A stretch of 34,526 nucleotides of DNA, taken from contig NW_021831729.1 in assembly GCF_006345805.1 (NCBI RefSeq), positions 1 through 34,526 on the forward strand, given 5' to 3'. Made by a program: the position numbers and the translations under genes. Position 1 is the first letter of the stretch; every line of letters begins with the position of its first letter. Shown here piece by piece: positions 22,385 through 34,141 of the stretch. The notes below the pieces were generated by a model. It did no database searches, was not told where the DNA came from, and saw only the letters and a program-made list of their open reading frames with translations. Source of the stretch: Octopus sinensis (lineage: Eukaryota).

Positions 22385-22797
22385 ACACATGTGTGTATTT
22401 GTGTGTGTGTGTGTGTGAGTATGAGTGTATGTGTGTGTGTGAGTGTGTTAGTGTGTATATGTCTGGGTTTGTGCGTGTGTGTGTGTGAGTTTGTGCGTTT
22501 GTGCGTGTATGTATGTGTGTTTATGAGTGTGTGCGTGAGTATATGTGAGTATGTTTGTGGTGTGTGTGTTTGGGCGTGTGTGTGAGCGTGTGTGTGTGAG
22601 TGTGTGTGTGTGTTTGTGCGTGTGTGTGAGTGTGTGTGTTGTGTGCGTGTGCGCGCGCGCGTATGTTTGTGTGCATGTGTGCATAAGTGTGTATGAGTAT
22701 GCGTGTGTATGAGAGTGTGTGTGCGTGTGTCTGTGAATTTATGCGTGTGTGTGTGTGCGTGTATGCGTGTGTGCATAGGTGTGTACGCTTGTGTGTG
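22385..22797. repeat. Degenerate (GT)n microsatellite
   Basis: Direct reading. Confidence 0.92.
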
Positions 22798-22999
22798 TCC
22801 TACATTAAACTGAAGGATTGCACTTTCTAGAGTACATATTTAGTATTCTTTTACAAGAGAAATGCTGCCAGCCACATTTGACAGCGTTCTAAAAACTTGC
22901 ATGAACTATATCTGGCCTTATCCTCCTGCCATTGTTTTCCAAAGTATATGCCATATACTCGTGCATCTACCTTTCTAGTTCTTCCGACTATCATGAATA

Positions 23000-23260
23000 A
23001 CAGACATTGCATTTTCTATGATTGACCATTTAATGCCGAATTTGCTAATATCTTGTTTTTAACATTCCACACATACTTGAACAAGGCTGCGGTGTTTCTT
23101 TTCCTGTTATTGTGAACATGGATTTGTGATTCGGGTAAAAGTATTTAAAACTGCCTTCAATCGTATCAATTTAAGAATTTATATTACTTCGATTGAATCT
23201 GCCGGAGAATTTGTCTTCACCTCGTATAAAAGAGCTTTTTTTAGATTGCTATGCCATGAG
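23000..23260 (-). pseudogene. Frameshifted GIY-YIG endonuclease remnant of a Penelope-like element
   Basis: Pieces across three frames: TIEGSFKYFYPNHKSMF / RKRNTAALFKYVWNVKNK / DISKFGIKWSIIENA. They match the Penelope-type TExSFKxRYxNHKxSF...RNSTxLSKYIWxLK...IKWSII pattern in the correct order. Confidence 0.68.
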
Positions 23261-23657
23261 TAACAAACAGGTTCTTTATTCCTGATATCTCATTCGGCAA
23301 CTTAGATAATGTACATTCTCATTTTCACACTATAACACTAGCGATGAGCCAAGATAATTCTAGATTTGTTTGATGATATCCGCCTAAATACAAATGGAAA
23401 CAGCAGTACGTATGGCTTGACGAGTCACTTATTGGATTGTAGCAGCGAATGAAAATCTTTCTTTGAGAAAAAATCTATTTATGACCAGACTGTTGACATA
23501 TCTATGGCGACAGATTTAATCTCTGATACATTTAGTGACACAGAAATAATAGACAACAAGTAGATCAAGTAAATAATTGTGATTCAGAGGGAGATTATGT
23601 TCGGCTTAGCGTAACATACATAACGAGTGTATTATACGGAATGCTGCCGCCAATAGT

Positions 23658-24336
23658 GGAGGCGAGCTGGCAGAAACGTTAGCACGCCAGGCGAAATGCT
23701 TGGAGCTATTTCGTATGTTTTGTTCTGAGTTCAAATTCCGCCGCGGTCGGTTTGCGTTTCATCCTTTCAGGGTCGATAAATTAAGTACCAGTTGCGTAGT
23801 AGGGATGAGCTAATCGACCGTCCCCCTCTCCAAAAATGTCGGGCCTTCAGCCTAGAGTAGAAAAGAATATCATATTGGGGCGAACTGGCAGAAAGACAGC
23901 GAGCTGACACAAAGGCAGCGAACTGGTAGAAAGGCGTCGAGCTGGAAAAAACGTTAGCACGCCGGGCGAAATGCTTGGAGGTATTTCGTCTGTCGTTACG
24001 TTCTGAGTTCAAATTCCGCCGAGGTCTACTTTGCCTTTCATCCTTTCGGGGTCGATTAAATAAGTACCAGTTACGCACTGGGGTCGATATAATCGACTTA
24101 ATCCGTTTGTCTGTCCTTGTTTGTCTCCTCTGTGTAGCCTCTTGTGGGCAGTAAAGAAATAGGTATTTCATCTGTCTTTACGTTCTTAGTTAAAATTCCG
24201 CCGCGGTCGACTTTGCCTTTCATCCTTCCGGTGTCGATAAAGTAAGTACCTGTTGAGTACTGGGGTCGATCTAATCGACTGGCCCCCTCTCCAAAAATTT
24301 CGGGTCTTGTGCCTCGAGTAGAAAATAGTATATTAT
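23658..24336 (+). mobile_element. Cluster of three family-A/A-related SINE units with a 4x repeated 19-nt head
   Basis: Units at ~23658-23875, 23933-24161 and 24162-24336; tandem head tips at 23877-23951. Confidence 0.9.
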
Positions 24337-24401
24337 TGGAGTTTAGTTATATTAACGCTCGAAATATGCAACAACAAACTCAAGTCCCACAGGATCTGTG
24401 C

Positions 24402-24455
24402 ATATAATATGATGTAAATAGGGGGTTAATATAATATGATGTAAATAGGGGGTTA
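24402..24455. repeat. 27-bp tandem duplication
   Basis: ATATAATATGATGTAAATAGGGGGTTA x2, exact. Confidence 0.9.
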
Positions 24456-24739
24456 ATATTTTCTTAAAGTGATTCAAATTACAAACTTAGGGATTTTCTT
24501 TTCGCCATCGTTTCTGACGTCTCCAGCTTTACATAAAAGCTAGAACTCAACTCCTTGCGCCAACCCTAAACTTGTGGAATACTACTGGTATCTTGTCTAT
24601 TATTCCCTTTATTTCCTTTCCTATTCTCCTTTATCCTTTTTATTGTTTTATTTTTATCCTCATTGTCTTCCTCCTCTCATTTATCTCTTCCCTTATTTTT
24701 CAATCTATTCATATTCTTATTTCTTCTTTTTATTCTTTT

Positions 24740-24968
24740 ATTCTTTTACTTGTTTCAGTCATTGACTGTCCCCATGCTGGAGCACCGCCTTTAGTCGACC
24801 AAATCGACCCCGGGACTTATTCTTTGTAAGCCTAGTATTTATTCTAACGCTCTCTTTTACCGAACCGCTAAGTTACGGACACGTAAACACACCAATTCGG
24901 TTCTAAAGCAATGGTGGGAGGACAAACACAGACACAAACATATATATATATATATATTTATATATATG

Positions 24969-25006
<38 letters not shown>

Positions 25007-25153
25007 AGTATATATATGTATACGACGGGCCTCTTTCAGTTTCCGTCTAGCAAATCCACTAAAGACTTTGCTAGGTCCTAGACTATAATACAAGACACCC
25101 GTCCCAGGTGCCACGTACCGGAACCATGTGGTTGGTAAGCAAGCTTCCCACCA
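24740..25153 (-). mobile_element. Family-B SINE with internal microsatellite
   Basis: Same head / microsatellite / tail architecture as 2537-2933. Confidence 0.85.
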
Positions 25154-25546
25154 TATTTTTTTATATATTTTATTATATTTTTATTTTTTACTCTATATTT
25201 TAATTTTTTTATTTTTTACTCTATATATTTTTTTTTTTTATCCTTCTAACCAATACTTTTGACCAATCCTTGCTAATACCCTGTCACTTGCCTTCCTCCT
25301 CTCTCTATCCCCCAAATGCTACCCAATTTTCTTTCTTTCTTTTGATTAACCTCTCTTTCGCTTTCTTTCTCTTTCTCCTTCTCCCTCCACTTCGCTCAAT
25401 AGCCACTTTTATTCTCTCACAAATCAGCCATCTCAATAAGAACACGCCATTCCCATTTCTGCCAAAATGTTGCCTGGATATTTATGCTGTGAACACACTA
25501 CTCATACTTAGCCGTAATACTACTGCTTGGATTAACTAAGGACAGT

Positions 25547-25662
25547 GCCTTTTATCCTTTGGGGATCGATAAATTAAGTACCAGTTGCGTACTGGTGTCG
25601 TCTAATCGACTGGCCTCCTCCTCAAAAATCTCGACCCTTATGCCTAGAGTAGAAAAGAATAT
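25547..25662 (+). mobile_element. Family-A-related SINE 3' fragment
   Basis: GATCGATAAATTAAGTACCAGTTGCGTACTGG...GCCTAGAGTAGAAAAGAATA, as in 23770-23870. Confidence 0.8.
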
Positions 25663-25665
25663 ATG

Positions 25666-25764
<99 letters not shown>

Positions 25765-25790
25765 GTGTGTGTGTGTGTGTGTGAGGAAAA
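25663..25790. repeat. (AT)n/(GT)n microsatellite
   Basis: Direct reading. Confidence 0.95.
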
Positions 25791-26084
25791 TAATACAAGG
25801 TAGAAATGTTAAAATAATTTTATCATTAAACACATTTCGTGACGGTTAGGCTGGTTTCAGACTTCTATGATTCTTCAACAAACAACGGAAGACATTAATT
25901 AAGAAGAAAAACATTTAAATTGATAAAACAATTAAATGAAATATTTTGTAGATATTTCCATAGTCTTCAAATAGGTACGACATTTTCCTTTTTTCTATCT
26001 CTCTCTCTTTCTTTCTCTCTCTCTTTTCCTTTGTGAAGGCTCTGTAGGTAGTAGCAATATATATATATATATATAATATATAAT

Positions 26085-26275
26085 ATATATATATGTGTGT
26101 GTGTGTCTCCTTGTTTCTCTCCTCTTTTCTGTGTTCCTTGCCGTAGAAGAGCGTAGGCTCGAAACATAAAAGACATTTTCTATTCCTGAGCCTTATACTA
26201 ATACATCTGGTTGTTTTGTACACCACCTGTCTTAGTTTTTTCTTGGTTTTTTTTTCGTAAATTCTCCCTATATAT
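26085..26275 (+). mobile_element. Interspersed repeat with a decayed hammerhead-like motif (possible Penelope-like terminus)
   Basis: CCGTAGAA-GAGC-GTAG-GCTC-GAAAC-ATA at 26141-26168; related copy at 19146-19320. Confidence 0.45.
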
Positions 26276-26861
26276 ATATACGTAGGTAGATAGGTAGACG
26301 GACAACTAGGAAAAGAAAGAGAGAGGCTGTTTATGACACTTCAGGAACACTCAGAAAGCATTAGCCAAACCAAAGCTTCTATAAAACACCCTCACCCAAA
26401 CGAACGCGACCCAATGAGAGCGAACCTTGGAACATATGTTTTCGAATTGACATTCCCACCCACACCACCGCCACTCCTACGCCAAACAAAACAAAAATAA
26501 ATAGAAAAAAAATAGAAAGAACAAAAGGAATCTATGTACTGAATCATGGTACCTATTTTTAAAAACAAATCCAAGCACAATGCAAATTTTGGCTGTCGCT
26601 GTTCTCGACAGATCATACACGTTGCCAACTCCTTAGAAAAAGCTGTCTATTTGTACAGAAGCTTAATCAAAAGACAGAATATCGGAAAAAGAGATTCTTT
26701 TTCTCTCTCTTTCTCTCGCTCTATCTTGGTCTCTATCTGTTTTCTTTTCTGTTTTCTTTTTTGTTTTTTTTCTTCTTTTCTTTGCTTTGCTTTTCTTTTT
26801 CTGTTCTCTCATCTCATTTACTTTCACGTCCACGTTCACTTATTCCTCTCTACCTTCTTCT

Positions 26862-26899
<38 letters not shown>

Positions 26900-27829
26900 C
26901 TTAAATCTGCATGTGAATACACGAGTCAACCAAGAATACGACCTTCCATTGATTCGGCTGCCAAGTCTTTCTTAAGTCTCATCATTCATTTTCCAACGCA
27001 AAAGTTGACATTGACTTTCGATTGAACAAACTTTTGCTTTGCTTGCTTTTTTGTTTTTTCCCCCTTCATTGTTTTCCTTTCTCTTTTTCTCTCTCTCTCT
27101 CTCTCTCTCTTCTTTTTTCTTTTCTTTTACGAATATTTTTTTTTCAATTTGATTACTCTCTTTCTTTTATTTTTCTTTTCTTTTCTTCTTCCTTCTGTTT
27201 CCAATGTTGTATCACATAGATTGGCACACATAGACAACTTTCTGTCAAGTCAAATCCGCCATTTCACGTCATCTCCTTCTATTTCTCTATCTCTTTCTCT
27301 CCTCCCCTTTCTCTCTTTCTCTATGTTCTCCTCATCGTCTTTGTGTCGCTATATATATATTTACGTATACCTATGCATGTCTATATGTGTCTGTTAGTAT
27401 ATACGTGAATATGGTTGCCGTGGCAAATATGAAAGTAGGTAAATATGTATATACATATCTATATATATATATACTATATATATATATATATATTATATAT
27501 ATATATATATAAATGCAGACACATTTAAATACATATACAAATACACATACACACACACACATATATATGTATGTACATACATAACCAATATATATATATA
27601 TATATATATATACATACATGCATATAGGAATGAATGCATGTGGCAGTGTACGTGTAAATGTGCATGCGTTTGTGTATGTAGATAGATAGATAGAGAGAGA
27701 AAGAGATAGATAGATATACGTGAGTGTATGTGTGTGGTATGTGTGTGTGTATGTGTACACATATATGTGTGCATATATTTCAGTGTACGATATATATTCC
27801 TGACCGTATCTAATCTGTTGATTATGTGT

Positions 27830-27982
27830 GGTTCACTCCCTCTTTCTCTCTCGCTCTCTCTCTCTCTCTTTCACTTACTTTTTCTCTCTTTCTTTCTCTT
27901 CTTCTCTCTCTTTCTCTCTCACTCTCTTTCACTCTCTTTTTCTTTCTTTCTCGCCTTCTCTCTCTTGCTTTCTCTCTCGCTT

Positions 27983-28020
<38 letters not shown>

Positions 28021-28059
28021 CTCTTTTACTCTTTTACTTGTTTCAGCCATCCGGCTGAG

Positions 28060-28095
<36 letters not shown>
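27830..28095. repeat. (CT)n-rich and (AT)n block containing a SINE tail fragment (28020-28065, minus)
   Basis: Direct reading; CTCTTTTACTCTTTTACTTGTTTCAGCC matches other tails. Confidence 0.85.
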
Positions 28096-28096
<1 letters not shown>

Positions 28097-28151
28097 TGAC
28101 GTTTGTGTACATTTGTTGATTTCATGTTATTGTCTTTCTTGTTATATTAGC

Positions 28152-28265
28152 CATTGTTGTTGCTGCTGTTGCTGTTGTTGTCGTTGTTGTTGTTGTTGTC
28201 GTCATCGTTGTCGTTGTTGTTGCAGATGCAGTTGTCGCTTTCTTTTTCTGATGTTGTTGTTGTTT
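28152..28265. repeat. Degenerate (TTG)n microsatellite
   Basis: Direct reading. Confidence 0.88.
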
Positions 28266-28651
28266 CATCGAGTTTTCGAAGAGCAACAATCTAATTCTCT
28301 TCGAGTATGTTTGGATTGAATAACATCAACAACGCAGCGTGTTCGTGAATAGATATGTATACAGAGTCAAATACACCTGTTGTGATTATTATTTAGCCCC
28401 ACGTCAACTCTCAACCAACAAGCCCATAATCCGATGATGTGGTCACTCAAGAAAATATATCTAATGTCTCCGTGCTTTATTTCTGATGGTAATTTGTGAT
28501 TTACATACGATCTATCTATTATTTCTTTTGCAGATCGCGTAACTGCACAGTGTCACCTTTGTTGGTTATTTCCTTATGTAGTGCCGCTGCGAAAAATGCA
28601 AAATAGAACAATGGTTCGGAATCTTAAAGGTGAAAACTCAAACAAAGTATA

Positions 28652-28673
28652 GTTTCGTCCTATGACTCATCAG
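28652..28673 (-). ncRNA. Isolated hammerhead catalytic core (probably non-functional remnant)
   Basis: CUGAUGA-GUC-auag-GAC-GAAAC exact; no convincing stem I/III partner found nearby. Confidence 0.4.
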
Positions 28674-28928
28674 ATTAATATTTCCCGAATACAACACATG
28701 GAAGTCTCTTTCCTCCCATTTTTTTTTTTTTTTTTTGATAAAGAGCCTCAGCACAAAATATTTGAAACTTTTCCACTCTTCACCGTAACTACATCAGCTC
28801 ATCCATTATTTTTAATCAAAAATAATTTGCTTCAGCTTTCAAGTTGCTTATAGGGAGTCGCAACACAATTGCATCTGTCTCAACTGTTTGCAGCCCAGAA
28901 TTACTAACTAAAATACCAAAACAGTTTT

Positions 28929-29313
28929 ATTTCTTTATTGCCCACAAGGGGCTAAACACAGAGGGGACAAACAAGGACAGACAAAGGGAGTAACTGGTAC
29001 TTAATTTATCGATTCCGAGACGATGAAAGGCAAAGTAGACCTCGGCGGAATTTGAACTCAGAACGTAACGGCGACGAAATACCTATGTCTTTACTACCCA
29101 CAAGGGGCTAAACACAGAGAGGACAAACAAGGACAGACAAACGGATTAAGTCGATTACATTGACCCCAGTGCGTAAGTGGTACTTATTCATCGACCCCGA
29201 AAGGATAAAAGGCAAAGTCAACCCCCGCGGAATTTGAATTCAGAACGTAACGGCAGGCGAAATACCACTAAGCATTTCGGCCCGATTGCTAACGTTTCTG
29301 CCAGCTAGCCGCC
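28929..29313 (-). mobile_element. Family-A SINE, dimer
   Basis: Head at 29313, junction at ~29083 (GTAGTAAAGACATA|GGTATTTC), terminal GCAATAAAGAAATA. Confidence 0.92.
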
Positions 29314-30347
29314 TTAAAATATCAAAACGGTCTGTTATGATTAAATATGCTCTCAAAGATATATTTCCATATTTAATAAGATTACATTATATCGAGGTGG
29401 GGCGGGGTTCTGATATAGCAGAGCTCCGGTAAGCCGGGCATTTCGGGTTCATGTGGTTTCGTGTGGTGCAAATGGAAGATTGTACCTAATTAAATATAGC
29501 TTCTAATCATAGTTTCTAATCTAAATTAATCTAGAACAAGCAGTTTATTGTTGGTGGTGTTTTTAGGGCTAGATAGTCAATTGTTAGAATGATGATCTGA
29601 TAGATGGTGGTTGTCATTTGCCGGATGCTCTTTATAGTATCTCTAAATACCGACACGCAGGACAACATAACAAAGAAACTTCAACCAAATTTTGGACGAC
29701 ATATCGTCTGGAAAATAAACTTAAAGACCAAAGACGAAAAGATACAAAACTTACCCCCATCGCAAAATGTAACATAAACACAAATGCAAGTACAAACTCC
29801 TAAATACTTGACAAGATCAATGCCAGTGTAACGCAAATCTTGTTACCTCATAAGATAAGTTGAAATTTAAAATAAATTTTAAATATTTCTATATTATTAA
29901 AAAGCTCTACCACGATACTGTTCATTTCTTTTATTCTTTATTGCTATATATTTTCCTTTATGGTACAATATGTTCTTTTTCATTGACATAATTCTCCGAT
30001 AAAGCATTTTTTACCCGAAATTAAAAAAGTGTTTTCTTCTTCACAGAATTCTAAATTTTTCTGGTATTATGAAACTTCACATATATGATGTATATTTTTC
30101 TCTTCTCATTAAGGTCAACCGCAATTCTCAGAGTTGACCATTAAGAACAGCCGAAATTATTATTTTGCATAAGACCTTCTCCAAACATTAAGAAATATAC
30201 GCAATGATCAAAATGAAAATCTTACGAAAGACTAAACAAGAAGTCTCCGATATGTCGGAAGAAAGCGTCTTAACGAGAAGAGAATTTCCTTAAGATAAGA
30301 TTGTCGAAGAATATTTAATACGAAGGGAATGCATTCTTACATCTAAT

Positions 30348-30429
<82 letters not shown>

Positions 30430-30446
30430 GGATAGATAGATTGATT

Positions 30447-30500
<54 letters not shown>

Positions 30501-30520
30501 CAGACAGATAGATAGATAGT

Positions 30521-30551
<31 letters not shown>

Positions 30552-30552
30552 G

Positions 30553-30632
<80 letters not shown>

Positions 30633-30640
30633 GTAGATAG
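30348..30640. repeat. (AGAT)n microsatellite
   Basis: Direct reading. Confidence 0.97.
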
Positions 30641-30919
30641 ATATGTATACACACACTATATATAGATATGGAAGGCAGTAGATATTGTAAATATACACTT
30701 TAAAGATGAAGTTAATTGTGCGAAGTGTTCTAATTTTATTAACAACAACCCTTTTCAGACAGACGTACAGTTATATTCTTCCTCTTGTTTTCTCACTAAC
30801 ATTCATCTCCTTTGTGGCCAATGAACAAGAAACCAATAATTATATTTTGATAGAACGGTAGACAAAATGGAACAGACCTTAGAAAATCGAATTTCATGTC
30901 TTAAGGGTGTCATAGACCC

Positions 30920-30990
<71 letters not shown>

Positions 30991-31138
30991 TATCGATTCC
31001 CATCGACCAATGAAGACACAGAGTTTGTCTTCGCCAGAAAAGTTATTGTTTCCAAACTATATTTCTTTCCAGCGCAGAACGCAGTCGGTTGCAACGACTC
31101 CAGTATATTACATTATCTACACCCAAACACATTTACCT

Positions 31139-31315
31139 TTATTATTATTATTATTATTATTATTATCATTATTAATATTATTATTAATATTATTATTATT
31201 ATTATTATTCATATACACAATAGATTAGACTGTTCGAGAAGAAAAATTCTTAACATCAGACTGCAACAAGTAAACTTAGATGCCAAGAACCCTCCGATTA
31301 TTATTATTATTATTA

Positions 31316-31349
<34 letters not shown>

Positions 31350-31385
31350 CATTATTATTATTATTACTATTATTATTATTATTAT

Positions 31386-31441
<56 letters not shown>

Positions 31442-31700
31442 TTACTATTATTTTTATTGTTATTATTATTATTATTACTACTACTATTACTATTATTATC
31501 ATTGTTATTATTGTTATTATTATTGTTATTACTATTATTGTTGTTGTTATTGTTATTATTACTAATACTATTATGGTTTTGTTGTTGTTATTACTGTTAT
31601 TTAAAGCTCAAACTCGGACATGTCATTTTGTTGCTAATGCTGTTGCTGTTGTCGTTGTTGTTGTTGTTGTGGTGGTGGTGGTGGTGGTGGTGATGGTGGT
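31139..31700. repeat. Compound trinucleotide microsatellite (ATT/AGT/GTT/GGT)
   Basis: Direct reading; interrupted by a unique insert at 31210-31296. Confidence 0.93.
31210..31296 (-). mobile_element. 87-bp insert in (TAA)n, probable extreme 3' end of an R4/Dong-like LINE
   Basis: Minus strand begins CGG AGG GTT CTT GGC ATC TAA (RRVLGI*), like the ...ILRRVL C-terminus of restriction-like-endonuclease LINEs, then a short UTR running into (AAT)n. Confidence 0.45.
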
Positions 31701-32267
31701 TCTTTATCCCCATATCGGCCATGCTCGAAGAGAAAATGTCTATTATCGAAAGCATACTAGCCGTGACCATCACACCTTTTCCAAACTTTATAACTCAGAC
31801 TACATCTCTGAAAATCATCACGTGAATGCGAACGTTTTTAAATGACAGTAGATTGTGATTTGAGAGGCGATTTATCTCCTATTTTTGCAAGGTCCACTAA
31901 CCACATAGAGACTCTCTCGTTGGTTCAAAATGTCCGTGCGTTGCCAATAAGACTGTACCTCTTCCAGTCACTTAACGGAAAGCAATACTTATGTGTTTGA
32001 GGTCGAATAGCCACACCAGGAAATTATATCCACCGTCACAGAGCTATACATTGGAAACGGTTTGACATCGCAAATATAAATTTTTAAGAAACAATAAATC
32101 AGTTTAAAATAGGAGAATGAGTTAATCGATAAGCTCTATCTCCCTTTTCTCATTAAACCGTATTCCGTAACGATTAAACGGTCTTACGAAAACTTTCGTC
32201 AATTTTCGAGTGTTTAGAAACACAACGATTAACTATATTTTCGGTCTGATATTTTTACATTACGTAA

Positions 32268-32706
32268 GGCGAAGATCTGGAAAAATCGTTAACACGCCGG
32301 AAAAAAATGCTTAGCATCATTTCGTCCGTTCTGAGTTCAAATTCCACTGGGGTCGACTTTGTCTTTTACCCTTTCGGGGTCGATAAAATAAGCACCAGTT
32401 GAGCACTGGGGTCGAGGTAATCGACTCCACCTCCACCCCCCTGAAATTGCTGGCCTTGTGCACAAATGTGAAACCAGTGTTTTAGTGCTTACAATGGCGG
32501 CAAGCTGGTAGCGTCATGGTCATGTCAGGTATACTACTTACGTCATTTTGTCCGTCTTCGCGTTCTGAGTTCAAATTCCGCTGAGGTCAACTTTGACTTT
32601 CATCTTTTCAGGGCCGATTAAATAGATACCTGTCGAGCACTTGGGTCGATGTAATCAGCTTACTCCCTCAACCGAAATTGCGGGCGTTGTGCCAAAATTC
32701 GAAATT
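32268..32706 (+). mobile_element. Two degenerate family-A-related SINEs in tandem
   Basis: Heads at 32268 and 32496, B-box-like GAGTTCAAATTCC, tails ...GAAATTGC.GGC.TTGTGC. Confidence 0.8.
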
Positions 32707-32707
32707 T

Positions 32708-33265
32708 TTAGCGGTATTTCATCTGCCTCTATGTTCTGAGTTCAAATTCCGCTGTGGTCGACTTTGCCTTTCATCCTTTCGGGGTCGATTAAATAAGTAC
32801 CAGTTACGCACTGGGGTCGATATAATCGACTTAATCCGTTTGTCTGTACTTGTTTGTCCTCTCTGTTTTTAGCCCCTTTGTGGGTAGTAAAGAAATAGGT
32901 ATTTCGTCTACCGTTACGTTCTGAGTTCAAATTCCGCCGAGTTCGACTTTGCCTTTCATCCTTTCGGGGTCGATTAAATAAGTACCAGTTACGCACTGGG
33001 GTCGATATAATCGACTTAATCCGTTTGTCTGTCCTTCTTTGTCCCCTCTGTGTTTAGCCCCTTGTGGGTAGTAAAGAAATAGGTATTTCGACTGCGGTTA
33101 CGTTCTGAGTTCAAATTCCGCCGAGTTCGACTTTGCCTTTCATCCTTTCGGGGTCGATTAAATAAGTACCAGTTACGCACTGCGGTCGATATAATCGACT
33201 TAATCCGTTTGTCTGTCCTTGTTTTTCTCGTCTATGTTTATCCCCCGGTGGGCAATAAAGGAATA
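32708..33265 (+). mobile_element. Family-A SINE trimer (184-185-bp period)
   Basis: Units start with GGTATTTC at 32713, 32898 and 33082; the last ends GCAATAAAGGAATA. Confidence 0.95.
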
Positions 33266-33399
33266 AATACATCGTGAAAAATACCTTGAACTAATTGTTG
33301 CAGATCTTTTCATTCTGAGTTCAAATCCTGTCGATACCCCACTCCCACTCGACAGTGTTACCCTATGACTCTATTGTTTTCATATTCCGGTATAGGATC

Positions 33400-33560
33400 A
33401 GCAGGTATCAGGGCAAGTCGATTAAGTTGACCCCAGTACTCAACTGGTACTTATTTTATCGACCTGGGGTCAGTTTTTCTGCTGGAAAAACTGACCCCAG
33501 CAGAATTTGAGCTCAAAACGTAAAGACAAAACGCTAGTCATTTCGCCCGGCGTGCTAACA
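33400..33560 (-). mobile_element. Rearranged family-A-related SINE with an internal perfect hairpin
   Basis: SINE flanks are intact but the centre is replaced by the inverted repeat at 33464-33500. Confidence 0.8.
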
Positions 33561-33565
33561 ATTCT

Positions 33566-33796
33566 TATTTCTTTACTACCCACAAGGGGCTACACACAGA
33601 AGGGACAAACAAGCACAGACAAACGGATTAAGTCGATTACATCGACCCCAGTGCGCAACTGGTACTTAATTTATCAACCCCGAAAGGATGAAAGACAAAA
33701 TCGACCTCGGCGGAATTTGAACCCAGAATATAACGGAAGACGAAATGCGGCTACGCATTTCGCTCGGCGTGCTAACAGTTCTGCCAGCTCACCGCC
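33566..33796 (-). mobile_element. Family-A SINE
   Basis: Full-length match on the minus strand. Confidence 0.92.
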
Positions 33797-34141
33797 TTAG
33801 CCTCTCTTCATATTAGAAATAATTGCATTTACAAGAATTAGTTGACTAATGAAAGATCCTATGATAATTTCCAAAGATTTGAGGGATAGAGAGGTGAAGC
33901 TATAATTAGAGCAGTGAAGTCACCATGGCTAAATAGTTGCAGCACCTATTTATTTCACCCAGGAATTAGCGAGTGGCATGAAACTTGCCAACGAATTAAC
34001 TTACCACTAAAACGCAGGAAATTCGTGGTTATTCCTTGCTGGCTTGCTTAAGCAAAAACTACTAAGCTGTGTAATTGATTCCAAATTAAAGTAGTTTCAA
34101 AGCCAAAGTCTTAAAGACAGGTATGCATGCAATTATATATA

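Noticed and set aside
28534-28629. Plus-strand exon candidate (strong acceptor, 96 nt, open frame)
   Set aside because: Weak donor (GTGAAA), unrecognisable peptide, and phase incompatible with the 15711 exon.
29755-29799. Minus-strand 45-nt exon candidate EFVLAFVFMLHFAMG
   Set aside because: Good donor but weak acceptor; hydrophobicity follows from T-richness and there is no corroborating exon.
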